A stretch of 64,000 nucleotides of DNA from a virus. This document shows, in pieces, positions 28,871 through 36,308 of this stretch (position 1 is its first letter; the number at the start of each line of letters is the position of its first letter). A model generated the notes under the pieces. That model ran no database searches and was not told where the DNA came from. It worked only from the letters and a program-made list of their open reading frames with translations. The position numbers were made by a program, and so were the translations under genes. The stretch lies in IMG/VR virus record IMGVR_UViG_3300045988_105143, positions 722-64,721 of that record. The stretch is one strand, 5' to 3'.

Positions 28871-30915
28871 GTCTATTAAGCGAAGAATTTATTTCGACAT
28901 TTCCAGATTTCCCAAAGCATATGGGGAATCTAGCCAAGCTCGTTTACTACCGTACGTATTCACGTTGGTTACCAGATGAGGGTAGACGTGAAACGTGGCA
29001 AGAAACTTGTGTGCGTGCAGTAGAATATAACTGCTCGTTAGCTAATACATCTGTGTATGAAGCACAGAGATTATTCACAAATATGTTTAATCTCAAACAA
29101 TTTATAAGTGGTCGTTCATTGTGGATTGGCGGTAGCGAAGCGAGTAAGAAAACTAAATTAGCAAACTTTAATTGCTCGTTTGTAGTCATTGATAGTATTA
29201 AATCTATTTGTGATTTATTCTATTTACTAATGGTCGGTACTGGCGTAGGTGTCCGCATACTACCAGGTGATGTTTTTAAATTACCAACATTTAGAGATGA
29301 TGTAATCCTACATTCTCAATACAACACACATTCCACTAAGCAACGTGGTAGAGAGCAAACCATCACAGAGCAAGAAGATGATATATTCATTATTAGAATT
29401 GGTGATAGTAAAGAAGGTTGGGTAGATGCTTTGCGTGCATATCTAAACTTCATGGCTTCTGATACAGCATGTAATCATATTCTAATTGATTATACTGAAA
29501 TTCGTGTTAAAGGTTCTACCTTATCTAATTTTGGTGGCACAGCAAGTGGCTATGAGTCTATTATGGATATGTTCACAAAAATCCACCATGTAATTCAAGA
29601 TGGAAAATTCTCTTCTAAACCTGATGGTGGTAAACTACGTCCTATTCACTGCTTAGACATCTGCAATTTAATTGGACAAAATGTAGTTGTTGGTGGCGTG
29701 CGACGTACGGCGGAAATTGCTATTATAGACCCTCATGACAAAGAATGTGTACATGCTAAGGATAATATCCAGCCTGGCATGGAACATAGATATATGAGTA
29801 ATAATAGTATCTATCAAGAGGTAAAACCTAGTCGTGAAAAAATTCATGAACTATTTGACTCTATCCGTAAGTCTGGTGAACCTGGTATTATTAATGTAGC
29901 AGAAGCAAAACGCAGACGTCCAGACTTTGCAGGCGTAAATCCTTGCTGTGAAATTATATTACCACCTAATGCTGTGTGTAATTTGACAACAGTTAATATG
30001 GTAGCGTTTGTAAATGATGACGGTTCTGTAGACTGGGATGGGCTTGAATTAGCCTTTATATTATCTACTCGTGCTGGTTATCGTATGACATGTGTAGATT
30101 TAGAACTAGACGGGTGGAACGAAGTACATCATAGAGACAGATTAACTGGTTGTTCTATGACTGGTTGGCAAGACTTTATTGCTAAGATGAGTAACGGAGT
30201 TTTAAGGCGTGCTGGTGGCAAGGTTGGCATTCTTAAATGGTTGCGTGCTATTGTTCACGACGCTGGTCATACTATTTCAGATGAGTTAAAAACTCCTGTA
30301 CCATTATTGATGACGGCTTTAAAACCAGAGGGTTCATTAAGCTTAGTAGCCAATGGTGTTTCTCCAGGAGTTCATTGGCAACATTCCCCATATTTCATTA
30401 GACGTATTCGTGTAAACGCACATGACCCATTAGCTTTAACCGCTAAGGAACTTGGCTGGCAAATCCATCCAGAAGTTGGTCAAGATATGGAGACAGCTAC
30501 AACTATTGTAATTGATTTTCCAGTGCATAGCCCAGCTACTGTAACTAAAGCAGATGTACCTGCTGTTGAACAATTAAAAGAATATATTCTGTTCCAAGAG
30601 TATTATACAGATATGAATACGTCTAATACCATTACTGTTAAACCAGAAGAGTGGGAAGAAGTAGAAGATTTTGTATATAATCATTGGGATAGTATGTTAG
30701 GTGTTACATTCCTAGAATTAAATTCTACATATTATCCTCTAATGCCATACGAGGAGTGTACAAAAGAAGAATATGAAGAACTAAAATCTAAAATGAAAGA
30801 ATTTGACCCAGTATTACTTAACCAATTAGAATTAAGTACAAGAAATATGGGTAAAGAATTTGAAATTTTAGACGATAGAAGTGAATGTGCGTCTGGTGTT
30901 TGCCCTATCAGATAG
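28867..30915 (+). CDS. nrdJ: class II (adenosylcobalamin-dependent) ribonucleoside-triphosphate reductase, monomeric RTPR type
   Basis: N-terminal LAKLVYYRTYSRWLPDEGRRETWQET resembles Lactobacillus RTPR. Active-site NPCCEI. C-terminal redox pair CASGVCPI. Confidence 0.8.
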   Translation: MSLLSEEFISTFPDFPKHMGNLAKLVYYRTYSRWLPDEGRRETWQETCVRAVEYNCSLANTSVYEAQRLFTNMFNLKQFISGRSLWIGGSEASKKTKLANFNCSFVVIDSIKSICDLFYLLMVGTGVGVRILPGDVFKLPTFRDDVILHSQYNTHSTKQRGREQTITEQEDDIFIIRIGDSKEGWVDALRAYLNFMASDTACNHILIDYTEIRVKGSTLSNFGGTASGYESIMDMFTKIHHVIQDGKFSSKPDGGKLRPIHCLDICNLIGQNVVVGGVRRTAEIAIIDPHDKECVHAKDNIQPGMEHRYMSNNSIYQEVKPSREKIHELFDSIRKSGEPGIINVAEAKRRRPDFAGVNPCCEIILPPNAVCNLTTVNMVAFVNDDGSVDWDGLELAFILSTRAGYRMTCVDLELDGWNEVHHRDRLTGCSMTGWQDFIAKMSNGVLRRAGGKVGILKWLRAIVHDAGHTISDELKTPVPLLMTALKPEGSLSLVANGVSPGVHWQHSPYFIRRIRVNAHDPLALTAKELGWQIHPEVGQDMETATTIVIDFPVHSPATVTKADVPAVEQLKEYILFQEYYTDMNTSNTITVKPEEWEEVEDFVYNHWDSMLGVTFLELNSTYYPLMPYEECTKEEYEELKSKMKEFDPVLLNQLELSTRNMGKEFEILDDRSECASGVCPIR

Positions 30916-30918
30916 GTG

Positions 30919-30947
30919 TTGACAAACAATCACATTTGTGGTATAAT
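30919..30947 (+). promoter_or_regulatory. sigma-A-type promoter (first of a tandem pair)
   Basis: TTGACA 30919-24, 17-nt spacer ending TGG, TATAAT 30942-47, ACAG. Confidence 0.8.
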
Positions 30948-30984
30948 ACAGGTATAGTCAAGTTGGTGAGGCACAAAGCAAAAC

Positions 30985-31004
30985 TTCATCAAACTTTCAT
31001 CAAA
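30985..31004 (+). promoter_or_regulatory. paired TTCATCAAA boxes, 11-bp phasing
   Basis: TTCATCAAA at 30985-93 and 30996-31004, directly upstream of the -35 at 31011. Same arrangement as 15778-15797. Confidence 0.4.
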
Positions 31005-31010
31005 TAGGGG

Positions 31011-31039
31011 TTGACAAGCACCTCTGGATGTGGTATAAT
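31011..31039 (+). promoter_or_regulatory. sigma-A-type promoter (second of a tandem pair)
   Basis: TTGACA 31011-16, 17-nt spacer ending TGG, TATAAT 31034-39. Confidence 0.8.
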
Positions 31040-31114
31040 ATGGGTGTAGGTTGAGCTAAAGGGTGTCCACGACCTAGTGCTCACGAGTTATGATTAAATA
31101 GTAGGAGGTATACT

Positions 31115-31780
31115 ATGAACAAAGAAACAATGACAATTAGAAAAGCACTAACACAAAAGAAAGTACTAGATAAACAAATTGCAGAATTATCTTCTACTAA
31201 ATTTGTAGCTATTGCGACCTCTAACCGTACAGTTATTGACGGTATGAAACAAAAGGACTGGGTGGTAGACGCTCAGGCACGTTTTCAGTCTCTTAATGAT
31301 AAGCTAAAGAGACGTGAAGCTATCACTAATGCTATTATGAGTGCTAACGCAAATCATACGATTACAGTAAAGAAATTTATCGGCATTGATAAGCAATCTG
31401 ATGAATATGAATCTATCTCTTTTGCGTCTGCTATCGCTCGTAAAAAGTATTTATCTGATTTGCTGGTATCTATTGTCAAACGGATGCAAAAAGCAATCCT
31501 TGATAACTCCAATGCGTACCAAGCAACGGAACGTCAAATGGATGAAAAAATTACAGAGAGACTATATCAAGAGTTCTCTGCTGTAACTCAGGCATCAGGT
31601 AAGGCTCGTCAAGAAAGAGAGGCAGAGTTACGTGAGCAATACTCAGTCGAGCTTCTTGACCCTAATAAACTAGCGGAAAATTTAATGTCTTTCAAGGAAT
31701 ACATTGAAAATTATTTAGCTGAAATTGACTCTATTTTAGGTCATGCAACTGAGGTTACTGAAATCACAGTTGAATATTAA
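31115..31780 (+). CDS. hypothetical helical protein (221 aa), probably highly expressed
   Basis: AGGAGG ribosome-binding site. Behind two tandem consensus promoters. No motif recognised. Confidence 0.6.
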   Translation: MNKETMTIRKALTQKKVLDKQIAELSSTKFVAIATSNRTVIDGMKQKDWVVDAQARFQSLNDKLKRREAITNAIMSANANHTITVKKFIGIDKQSDEYESISFASAIARKKYLSDLLVSIVKRMQKAILDNSNAYQATERQMDEKITERLYQEFSAVTQASGKARQEREAELREQYSVELLDPNKLAENLMSFKEYIENYLAEIDSILGHATEVTEITVEY

Positions 31781-32195
31781 TTAGTATTGCTATAGTATCG
31801 TTCAACACTAAGAGTGATACGGAGGTATTTGTTTGTTGGTTGTTTCTACTCTAAAACAAATGAAAGCATACCGACACACCTACTTGAAATGGGTATAAAG
31901 ATGAAAATTGGAGTGGCTGTGCCCACAACGCTTATAGAGACTGGGACTAAAGCGTCTAAGGTAATCTTTAATCTTTAAGGATTAATATTAAGTACTTAAT
32001 CATTAAACTAGATTAATCATTACTATCAAGCTCTCAATCTTCAATCTCTAATCGCTTATAAAATCCATGAACTCATTGTTTCGCCAGTATCTGGCACAGA
32101 GTTGACAACATGGCTGGTATTATAGCAATATCATACTTCTCTTTATTGGTGTAGTTATTCTCAATAATTTACAGCTCCGTAAGGGGCTGTTACAT

Positions 32196-32268
32196 GGGTG
32201 ATTAGCTCAGCTGGGAGAGCACCTGCCTTACAAGCAGGGGGTCGCAAGTTCAAACCTTGCATCGCCCA
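32196..32268 (+). tRNA. tRNA-Val (UAC)
   Basis: Cloverleaf drawn by hand. Acceptor GGGTGAT/ATCGCCC, anticodon loop CTTACAA, T-loop TTCAAAC. CCA is encoded. Confidence 0.85.
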
Positions 32269-32278
32269 CCATTTACAT

Positions 32279-32365
32279 GGGTGGTTGACAGAGAGGCTTA
32301 TTGTATCTCTTTGCTAAAGAGACGTCGTATAAAAGCGACCACAGGTTCGAATCCTGTACCATCCT
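32279..32365 (+). tRNA. tRNA-Ser (GCU)
   Basis: Acceptor GGGTGGT/ACCATCC, anticodon loop TTGCTAA, long variable arm GTCG..CGAC, T-arm ACAGG-TTCGAAT-CCTGT. CCA is encoded. Confidence 0.85.
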
Positions 32366-32372
32366 CCAACAT

Positions 32373-32445
32373 GGCTCGTTAGTCAAGTGGTTAAGACATC
32401 GCTCTTTCACAGCGAGAACGGTGGGTTCAATTCCCCCACGAGTCA
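32373..32445 (+). tRNA. tRNA-Glu (UUC)
   Basis: Acceptor GGCTCGT/ACGAGTC, anticodon stem TCGCT/AGCGA, loop CTTTCAC. One T-stem mismatch. CCA is encoded. Confidence 0.75.
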
Positions 32446-32603
32446 CCATTCGGTACTTATATACTATTGTTAAAGGCTTGCCATACCATGGGTGTTTTGC
32501 TGTATATACCATTCAACAGCTATATATTAGTTTACAGGTAAAACAAAGCCCTTGTGGGCGGAGACGGTGGGTTCGATACCGACCATATATAGTGGTGTTA
32601 TAT

Positions 32604-32675
32604 TCTTGGGTAGTTCAATGGTAGAGCATCTGGCTGTTAACCAGAATGTTGGGGGTTCGAGTCCCTCCCCAAGAG
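32604..32675 (+). tRNA. tRNA-Asn (GUU)
   Basis: Acceptor TCTTGGG/CCCAAGA, anticodon loop CTGTTAA, T-arm GGGGG-TTCGAGT-CCCTC. CCA is encoded. Confidence 0.85.
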
Positions 32676-32679
32676 CCAT

Positions 32680-32762
32680 GTCGTTGTAGTCAAGATGGAT
32701 AAAGACAACAGACTGTAAATCTGTCGCTTATAGCTTCGGAGGTTCGAATCCTCCCAACGGCA
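32680..32762 (+). tRNA. tRNA-Tyr (GUA)
   Basis: Acceptor GTCGTTG/CAACGGC, anticodon loop CTGTAAA, long variable arm, T-arm GGAGG-TTCGAAT-CCTCC. CCA is encoded. Confidence 0.85.
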
Positions 32763-32768
32763 CCACAT

Positions 32769-32843
32769 GGAGACTTAGCTCAGTAGGTAGAGCAACAGGT
32801 TGAAGCCCTGTGTTTAGCATTGGTTCAATTCCAATAGTCTCCA
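32769..32843 (+). tRNA. tRNA-Phe (GAA)
   Basis: Acceptor GGAGACT/AGTCTCC, D-arm GCTC..GAGC, anticodon loop TTGAAGC, 7-nt variable loop. CCA is encoded. Confidence 0.8.
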
Positions 32844-33004
32844 CCATAAGGTGTAGTCAACCTTAAATCACTTCATCTAAAATGACTCTAAATCCATTCA
32901 TTTAATGGTCGGTATTTTGAGTTTGCCGTTAAGAAGATAACGATATACACTGTTTTTCTGAATTTAAAGAACGGATGTATTTTGTTTTCTTAACTCATGA
33001 ACAT

Positions 33005-33091
33005 GGAAAGTTGGCAGAGTCTGGTTTAATGCAACAGTCTTGAAAACTGTCGAGCAGAAATGCTCCGTGGGTTCGAATCCCACACTTTCCT
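33005..33091 (+). tRNA. tRNA-Ser (UGA)
   Basis: Acceptor GGAAAGT/ACTTTCC, anticodon loop CTTGAAA, long variable arm, T-arm GTGGG-TTCGAAT-CCCAC. CCA is encoded. Confidence 0.85.
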
Positions 33092-33169
33092 CCAGAGCCT
33101 TGATATTGAATTACGGTTTAATATCGCCTATCGGGTTACTTACGGGTTTCTTGGTAGGATAGGCATGTT

Positions 33170-33240
33170 ATGGGTATAGTGTAATGGAAACACGTTGGTC
33201 TCCAAAACCAAAGATAGAGGTTCGATTCCTCTTACCTGTG
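33170..33240 (+). tRNA. tRNA-Trp (CCA)
   Basis: Acceptor ATGGGTA/TACCTGT (two G-U pairs), D-stem GTGT/ACAC, anticodon loop CTCCAAA. CCA is encoded. Confidence 0.75.
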
Positions 33241-33247
33241 CCATATA

Positions 33248-33321
33248 CCCCCTATGATGAAACTGGCAAACATACTGGACTTAGAATCCAGGTTCTGTAG
33301 GTTCGAGTCCTACTAGGGGTA
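33248..33321 (+). tRNA. atypical tRNA with anticodon UAG (Leu codon family) but a short 5-nt variable loop
   Basis: Anticodon stem CTGGA/TCCAG, loop CTTAGAA, T-arm GTAGG-TTCGAGT-CCTAC. Acceptor CCCCCTA/TAGGGGT has a C1:U72 mismatch. 3-bp D-stem. CCA is encoded. Confidence 0.6.
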
Positions 33322-33328
33322 CCAACAT

Positions 33329-33399
33329 TGTGGTGTAGTGTAATGGTAACACAGAAGACTTTGACTCTTCTATTCTAGGTTCAATCCCTAGCACCACTA
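33329..33399 (+). tRNA. tRNA-Gln (UUG)
   Basis: Acceptor TGTGGTG/CACCACT (U1:U72 unpaired), D-stem GTGT/ACAC, anticodon loop CTTTGAC, T-arm CTAGG-TTCAATC-CCTAG. CCA is encoded. Confidence 0.75.
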
Positions 33400-33406
33400 C
33401 CAATAT

Positions 33407-33480
33407 TGCGGAGTAGTCCAATGGCAGAGACACGAGTCTCATAAGCTCGTATGGTGTGGGTTCAAGTCCCATCTCCGCTT
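33407..33480 (+). tRNA. tRNA with CAU anticodon (elongator Met or Ile2)
   Basis: Acceptor TGCGGAG/CTCCGCT (U1:U72 unpaired), anticodon stem CGAGT/GCTCG, loop CTCATAA. Lacks the three G-C pairs of initiator tRNAs. CCA is encoded. Confidence 0.7.
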
Positions 33481-33486
33481 CCACAT

Positions 33487-33559
33487 GGTCTCATGGAGTA
33501 AGGGTTATCTCGTCACCCTGTCAAGGTGAAGACTACGGGTTCAAATCCCGTTGAGACCG
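33487..33559 (+). tRNA. tRNA-Asp (GUC)
   Basis: Acceptor GGTCTCA/TGAGACC, anticodon stem TCACC/GGTGA, loop CTGTCAA, T-arm ACGGG-TTCAAAT-CCCGT. CCA is encoded. Confidence 0.85.
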
Positions 33560-33707
33560 CCAGACCTCTTGGGGGCTTACGATACTATAAATCTTTTCTC
33601 CTTTCAATTTATAGTCGTATCCCCCTATATGAGGTGTATCATGGTGAGATTAAGGTAACACCTTATGAACGCCCTTATAAAATTAAATTTATTAAAGGAG
33701 GTTTTAT

Positions 33708-34019
33708 ATGAAGAAGTTATTTATGATTATGGCAGTATGTGTCCTGTCCCTGTGGGGACAAAGTGCTGACGCTAGAATGATGGAAGTGAGTGCGTATACG
33801 CATTCTGGTGGTGTTATGGCAAATGGCGAGTACCCATATGTTGGTGCTGTCGCTAGTGATGACCTACCATTAGGTACTACAGTTATTATTAATGGCTATC
33901 AGTATGTTGTAGCCGACCGTTTTGGTGGCGGTTATACTGATATGATTGATATTTTTGTAGACACGGAAGACGAAGCTATACAGTTTGGCAGGCAGTATTT
34001 AGATGTCACTGTAGTATAG
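33708..34019 (+). CDS. secreted 3D-domain (MltA/RlpA-fold) peptidoglycan-binding/lytic protein
   Basis: AAGGAGG ribosome-binding site. Signal peptide MKKLFMIMAVCVLSLWGQSADA. VSAYTHSGGVMANGEYPYVGAVASDDLPLGT...VADRFGGGYTDMIDIF matches the 3D (Asp-Asp-Asp) domain pattern. Confidence 0.75.
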   Translation: MKKLFMIMAVCVLSLWGQSADARMMEVSAYTHSGGVMANGEYPYVGAVASDDLPLGTTVIINGYQYVVADRFGGGYTDMIDIFVDTEDEAIQFGRQYLDVTVV

Positions 34020-34142
34020 GTGTTCCCATGGACTTGTTTGAAAGAATAATCTTTTGGTGTATTTCTGGTGTTTGCATATTAAGTATTTTGCAAATACTCA
34101 TAACATTATATGTGATATCTGGTGGCAGAATTGGGTAGTGTT

Positions 34143-34298
34143 ATGTACATAGAAAAAGAAACGCATCGCAAGGTAAAAGCTCGACAGAGCATCATATTTG
34201 ATAGTATTTTTTGGATTATCGATTACGTTGATGAGCCACCAGTGAATTATGTATATTCAGATAGTGAATTTAAAAGACTTTTTGAGGAAGGAAACTGA
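34143..34298 (+). CDS. hypothetical small protein (51 aa, below ORF-track cutoff)
   Basis: Fills the gap on the coding strand, and its stop lies 1 nt before the next ATG. The ribosome-binding site is weak. Confidence 0.3.
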   Translation: MYIEKETHRKVKARQSIIFDSIFWIIDYVDEPPVNYVYSDSEFKRLFEEGN

Positions 34299-34299
34299 T

Positions 34300-34530
34300 A
34301 TGAGTAAAGTAGTAATTACCCCACAAACTGAAGAAGTATTAACATTAGTAATGGTCAATGGGCAACTGGCATCCTTAAAAATTATGTTAGAAGAGTGCCT
34401 AGATTGTAGTATGTATTTAGGGGATTCGAGCAGGGAATTAATTGAGGAGACTTTAAACGACGTATTGGTCCATATGGATAAACTCCGAGATATTTTCGAT
34501 GAAGTTGCAGAACTTGGTGGTGAGGAATAA
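34300..34530 (+). CDS. hypothetical protein (76 aa)
   Basis: ATG 34300 preceded by GAGGAAGGA. The longer 34249 start lacks a ribosome-binding site. Confidence 0.5.
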   Translation: MSKVVITPQTEEVLTLVMVNGQLASLKIMLEECLDCSMYLGDSSRELIEETLNDVLVHMDKLRDIFDEVAELGGEE

Positions 34531-35180
34531 TGGATTGCGATACTAGCAGTCCAATTCACCTCGTGGAGTACACAAAACCAGATGTAGCCATTAGAGCGAT
34601 GAGCAAGTGTTATGGCAAACAATGCACGCTTGATTCCTTAGTCAATGCGTGCAAGTCTGGTCATTGGTCGTTGTTAGAGCACATACATGTTTCTATGGAT
34701 GTATTGTGTAGCCAAAAGGTTCTTGCACAATTAAGCAGACACAGACATTTTAGTTTCACAGTTCAGTCAACACGTGGTTCTAATATTATTACCAATGGGT
34801 TTTATAACGGGTTTGACACAGAAAACGGAATGATGAGACAGGCGTATGGCATTATATCTGTGATGTTTAACAACTTGTTGGCTAGAGGCGTACCTGTCGA
34901 GCAGGCTTCTTATATTTTACCATTAGGTGTAAAAGTAAGATTGAATATGAGTGGTAACTTACGTTGTTGGCTTGAGTATCTGAAACAGAGACTATGTAAA
35001 AGAGCAAGTAAAGAGCATCAAGAAATTGCTCGTGCTATTTATAGTAGGTTGAACTTACTTTATCCTAGTTTGTGTAACCTAGAAATGCTTGGTATGTGCG
35101 AGAACTGTAAGGAACTATCGTGCGATTTCACATCACATAAAAAGAAACAAAAAGAACCAGTAAGAAAGGAATTACAATGA
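34530..35180 (+). CDS. thyX: flavin-dependent thymidylate synthase
   Basis: Signature RHRHFSFTVQSTR matches the ThyX motif RHRxxSxxxxSxR. Size is typical. Confidence 0.9.
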   Translation: MDCDTSSPIHLVEYTKPDVAIRAMSKCYGKQCTLDSLVNACKSGHWSLLEHIHVSMDVLCSQKVLAQLSRHRHFSFTVQSTRGSNIITNGFYNGFDTENGMMRQAYGIISVMFNNLLARGVPVEQASYILPLGVKVRLNMSGNLRCWLEYLKQRLCKRASKEHQEIARAIYSRLNLLYPSLCNLEMLGMCENCKELSCDFTSHKKKQKEPVRKELQ

Positions 35181-35341
35181 AATACTTAAAGATTAAAGAA
35201 GAAGAATGGCATAATTTGTTGGAAGGTTACCTATATAATATTGGTACATGGAAGAATGACAGGGAAAAAGCAGAATTTTATCAACAATTATTTGAGAGTG
35301 TGGCTTCAATGATAGAAGAATCTAATGGGGATTGGCAATAA
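35177..35341 (+). CDS. hypothetical small protein (54 aa, below ORF-track cutoff)
   Basis: ATGA overlap with the thyX stop and TAATG overlap with the next gene, the classic pattern of translational coupling. Confidence 0.4.
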   Translation: MKYLKIKEEEWHNLLEGYLYNIGTWKNDREKAEFYQQLFESVASMIEESNGDWQ

Positions 35342-35781
35342 TGAGAACATACAATATTGTAGATACAAATATTTGTATCGGTAATCTATATAAAGATAAA
35401 ACTGGAGACCATATCGTGATTGATATGGCTGTGGATTGCTTTGGTGATATAGGTAATATCTCACTTCTAAAACTGCGTACGAGTAGTGGAATTGTTGAAG
35501 TAAAACAACCTCAAGAAGTTCTGGAAATGGAGTATATGGGCAGAGTTAATATGCAACCTTTTTATGACGAGGTTGACAGAGCTCAGTTTATGTATTATAG
35601 TAAGAAACGGAATAGTACTGAAGTAGTTGAACTATATAAAAAATACAAAACGTATCTGAATAATGAAGAAATAGAAGTTGAGCGTGTACTTAGCGACCAA
35701 ATCACAGAAAAAGAATTTTTACGTCAACGCTGGATGGAGCTTGATAAAATAATGCGTGAATACTTAGGAATGGAGGTGTAA
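35341..35781 (+). CDS. hypothetical protein (146 aa)
   Basis: ATG 35341 is preferred over the TTG at 35332. Confidence 0.55.
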   Translation: MRTYNIVDTNICIGNLYKDKTGDHIVIDMAVDCFGDIGNISLLKLRTSSGIVEVKQPQEVLEMEYMGRVNMQPFYDEVDRAQFMYYSKKRNSTEVVELYKKYKTYLNNEEIEVERVLSDQITEKEFLRQRWMELDKIMREYLGMEV

Positions 35782-35782
35782 T

Positions 35783-36181
35783 ATGGAACCTATTATTAGT
35801 CCTTGGTTAATATATCTGGCTGGTATCGCAAATCCACTTAAATTCTCTCTAGGTTTAATAGCATTTTTTGGTACTATCGCTTGCTTTATTATTGGTGGTT
35901 ACTATTTTATAGAGTCGCCTTGGGAAGGTTGCAGTACTGAAGAACGCCAGCGAGCTGAAGCTAAGCAAAAAGCATCTTTAAAGTTAATAAAGATAGTTAT
36001 TCCAATTACATTTGTGTCATTCCTGTTGCAAGCCTTTATCCCAGATAAAGATACATTGATAGCTATGGCTGTAGCCAATGTTGTCACCGTTGATAATATT
36101 CAAGGTGCTAATGCGTTTGTTAAAACAAACGTCCAAGATTATATCAATATGATTACAGATGCTGTCAATAAAGTAAAGTAG
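35783..36181 (+). CDS. membrane protein (132 aa)
   Basis: GGAGGTG ribosome-binding site. Two or three hydrophobic helices. Confidence 0.55.
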   Translation: MEPIISPWLIYLAGIANPLKFSLGLIAFFGTIACFIIGGYYFIESPWEGCSTEERQRAEAKQKASLKLIKIVIPITFVSFLLQAFIPDKDTLIAMAVANVVTVDNIQGANAFVKTNVQDYINMITDAVNKVK

Positions 36182-36190
36182 GTGACCATA

Positions 36191-36307
36191 ATGTTATGGA
36201 CTATCTTTATACTATTTATTGTTTGGTTGTTATTGGCAACTGTGTACCAAGAAGAGATATTCGACATATTAGACTATATAGTTAATCGTATCAAGGAAGG
36301 AAAATAA
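36191..36307 (+). CDS. small single-pass membrane protein (38 aa, below ORF-track cutoff)
   Basis: AGGTGA ribosome-binding site. MLWTIFILFIVWLLLATVY is a transmembrane helix. The stop abuts the next ATG. Confidence 0.35.
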   Translation: MLWTIFILFIVWLLLATVYQEEIFDILDYIVNRIKEGK

Positions 36308-36308
36308 A

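Noticed and set aside
32099-32125. Consensus-like promoter TTGACA...TGGTATTATAG upstream of tRNA-Val
   Set aside because: The spacing between TTGACA and the best -10 hexamer is about 10-13 nt rather than 17, and the -10 is degenerate. Not annotated as a promoter.
32520-32592. Possible 13th tRNA in the Glu-Asn gap
   Set aside because: Acceptor-like and D-like stems and a GGTTCGAT box are present. However, the anticodon arm collapses to a 4-bp stem with a 4-nt loop, the T-stem has a G:G mismatch, and no CCA follows. It is probably a decayed tRNA remnant, and it is mentioned in the tRNA-array finding.
32273-32624. ORFs of 79 aa (-) and 107 aa (+) in the tRNA cluster
   Set aside because: They lie entirely across the tRNA-Ser, tRNA-Glu and spacer sequences and have no ribosome-binding site.
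33281-33711. ORFs of 67 aa (-) and 61 aa (+) over tRNA-Leu-like, Gln, Met and Asp
   Set aside because: They overlap well-formed tRNA cloverleaves and have no ribosome-binding site.
34028-34138. 36-aa hydrophobic ORF after the 3D-domain gene
   Set aside because: It is plausibly a mini membrane peptide, but it has no convincing ribosome-binding site and is too short to support from sequence alone.
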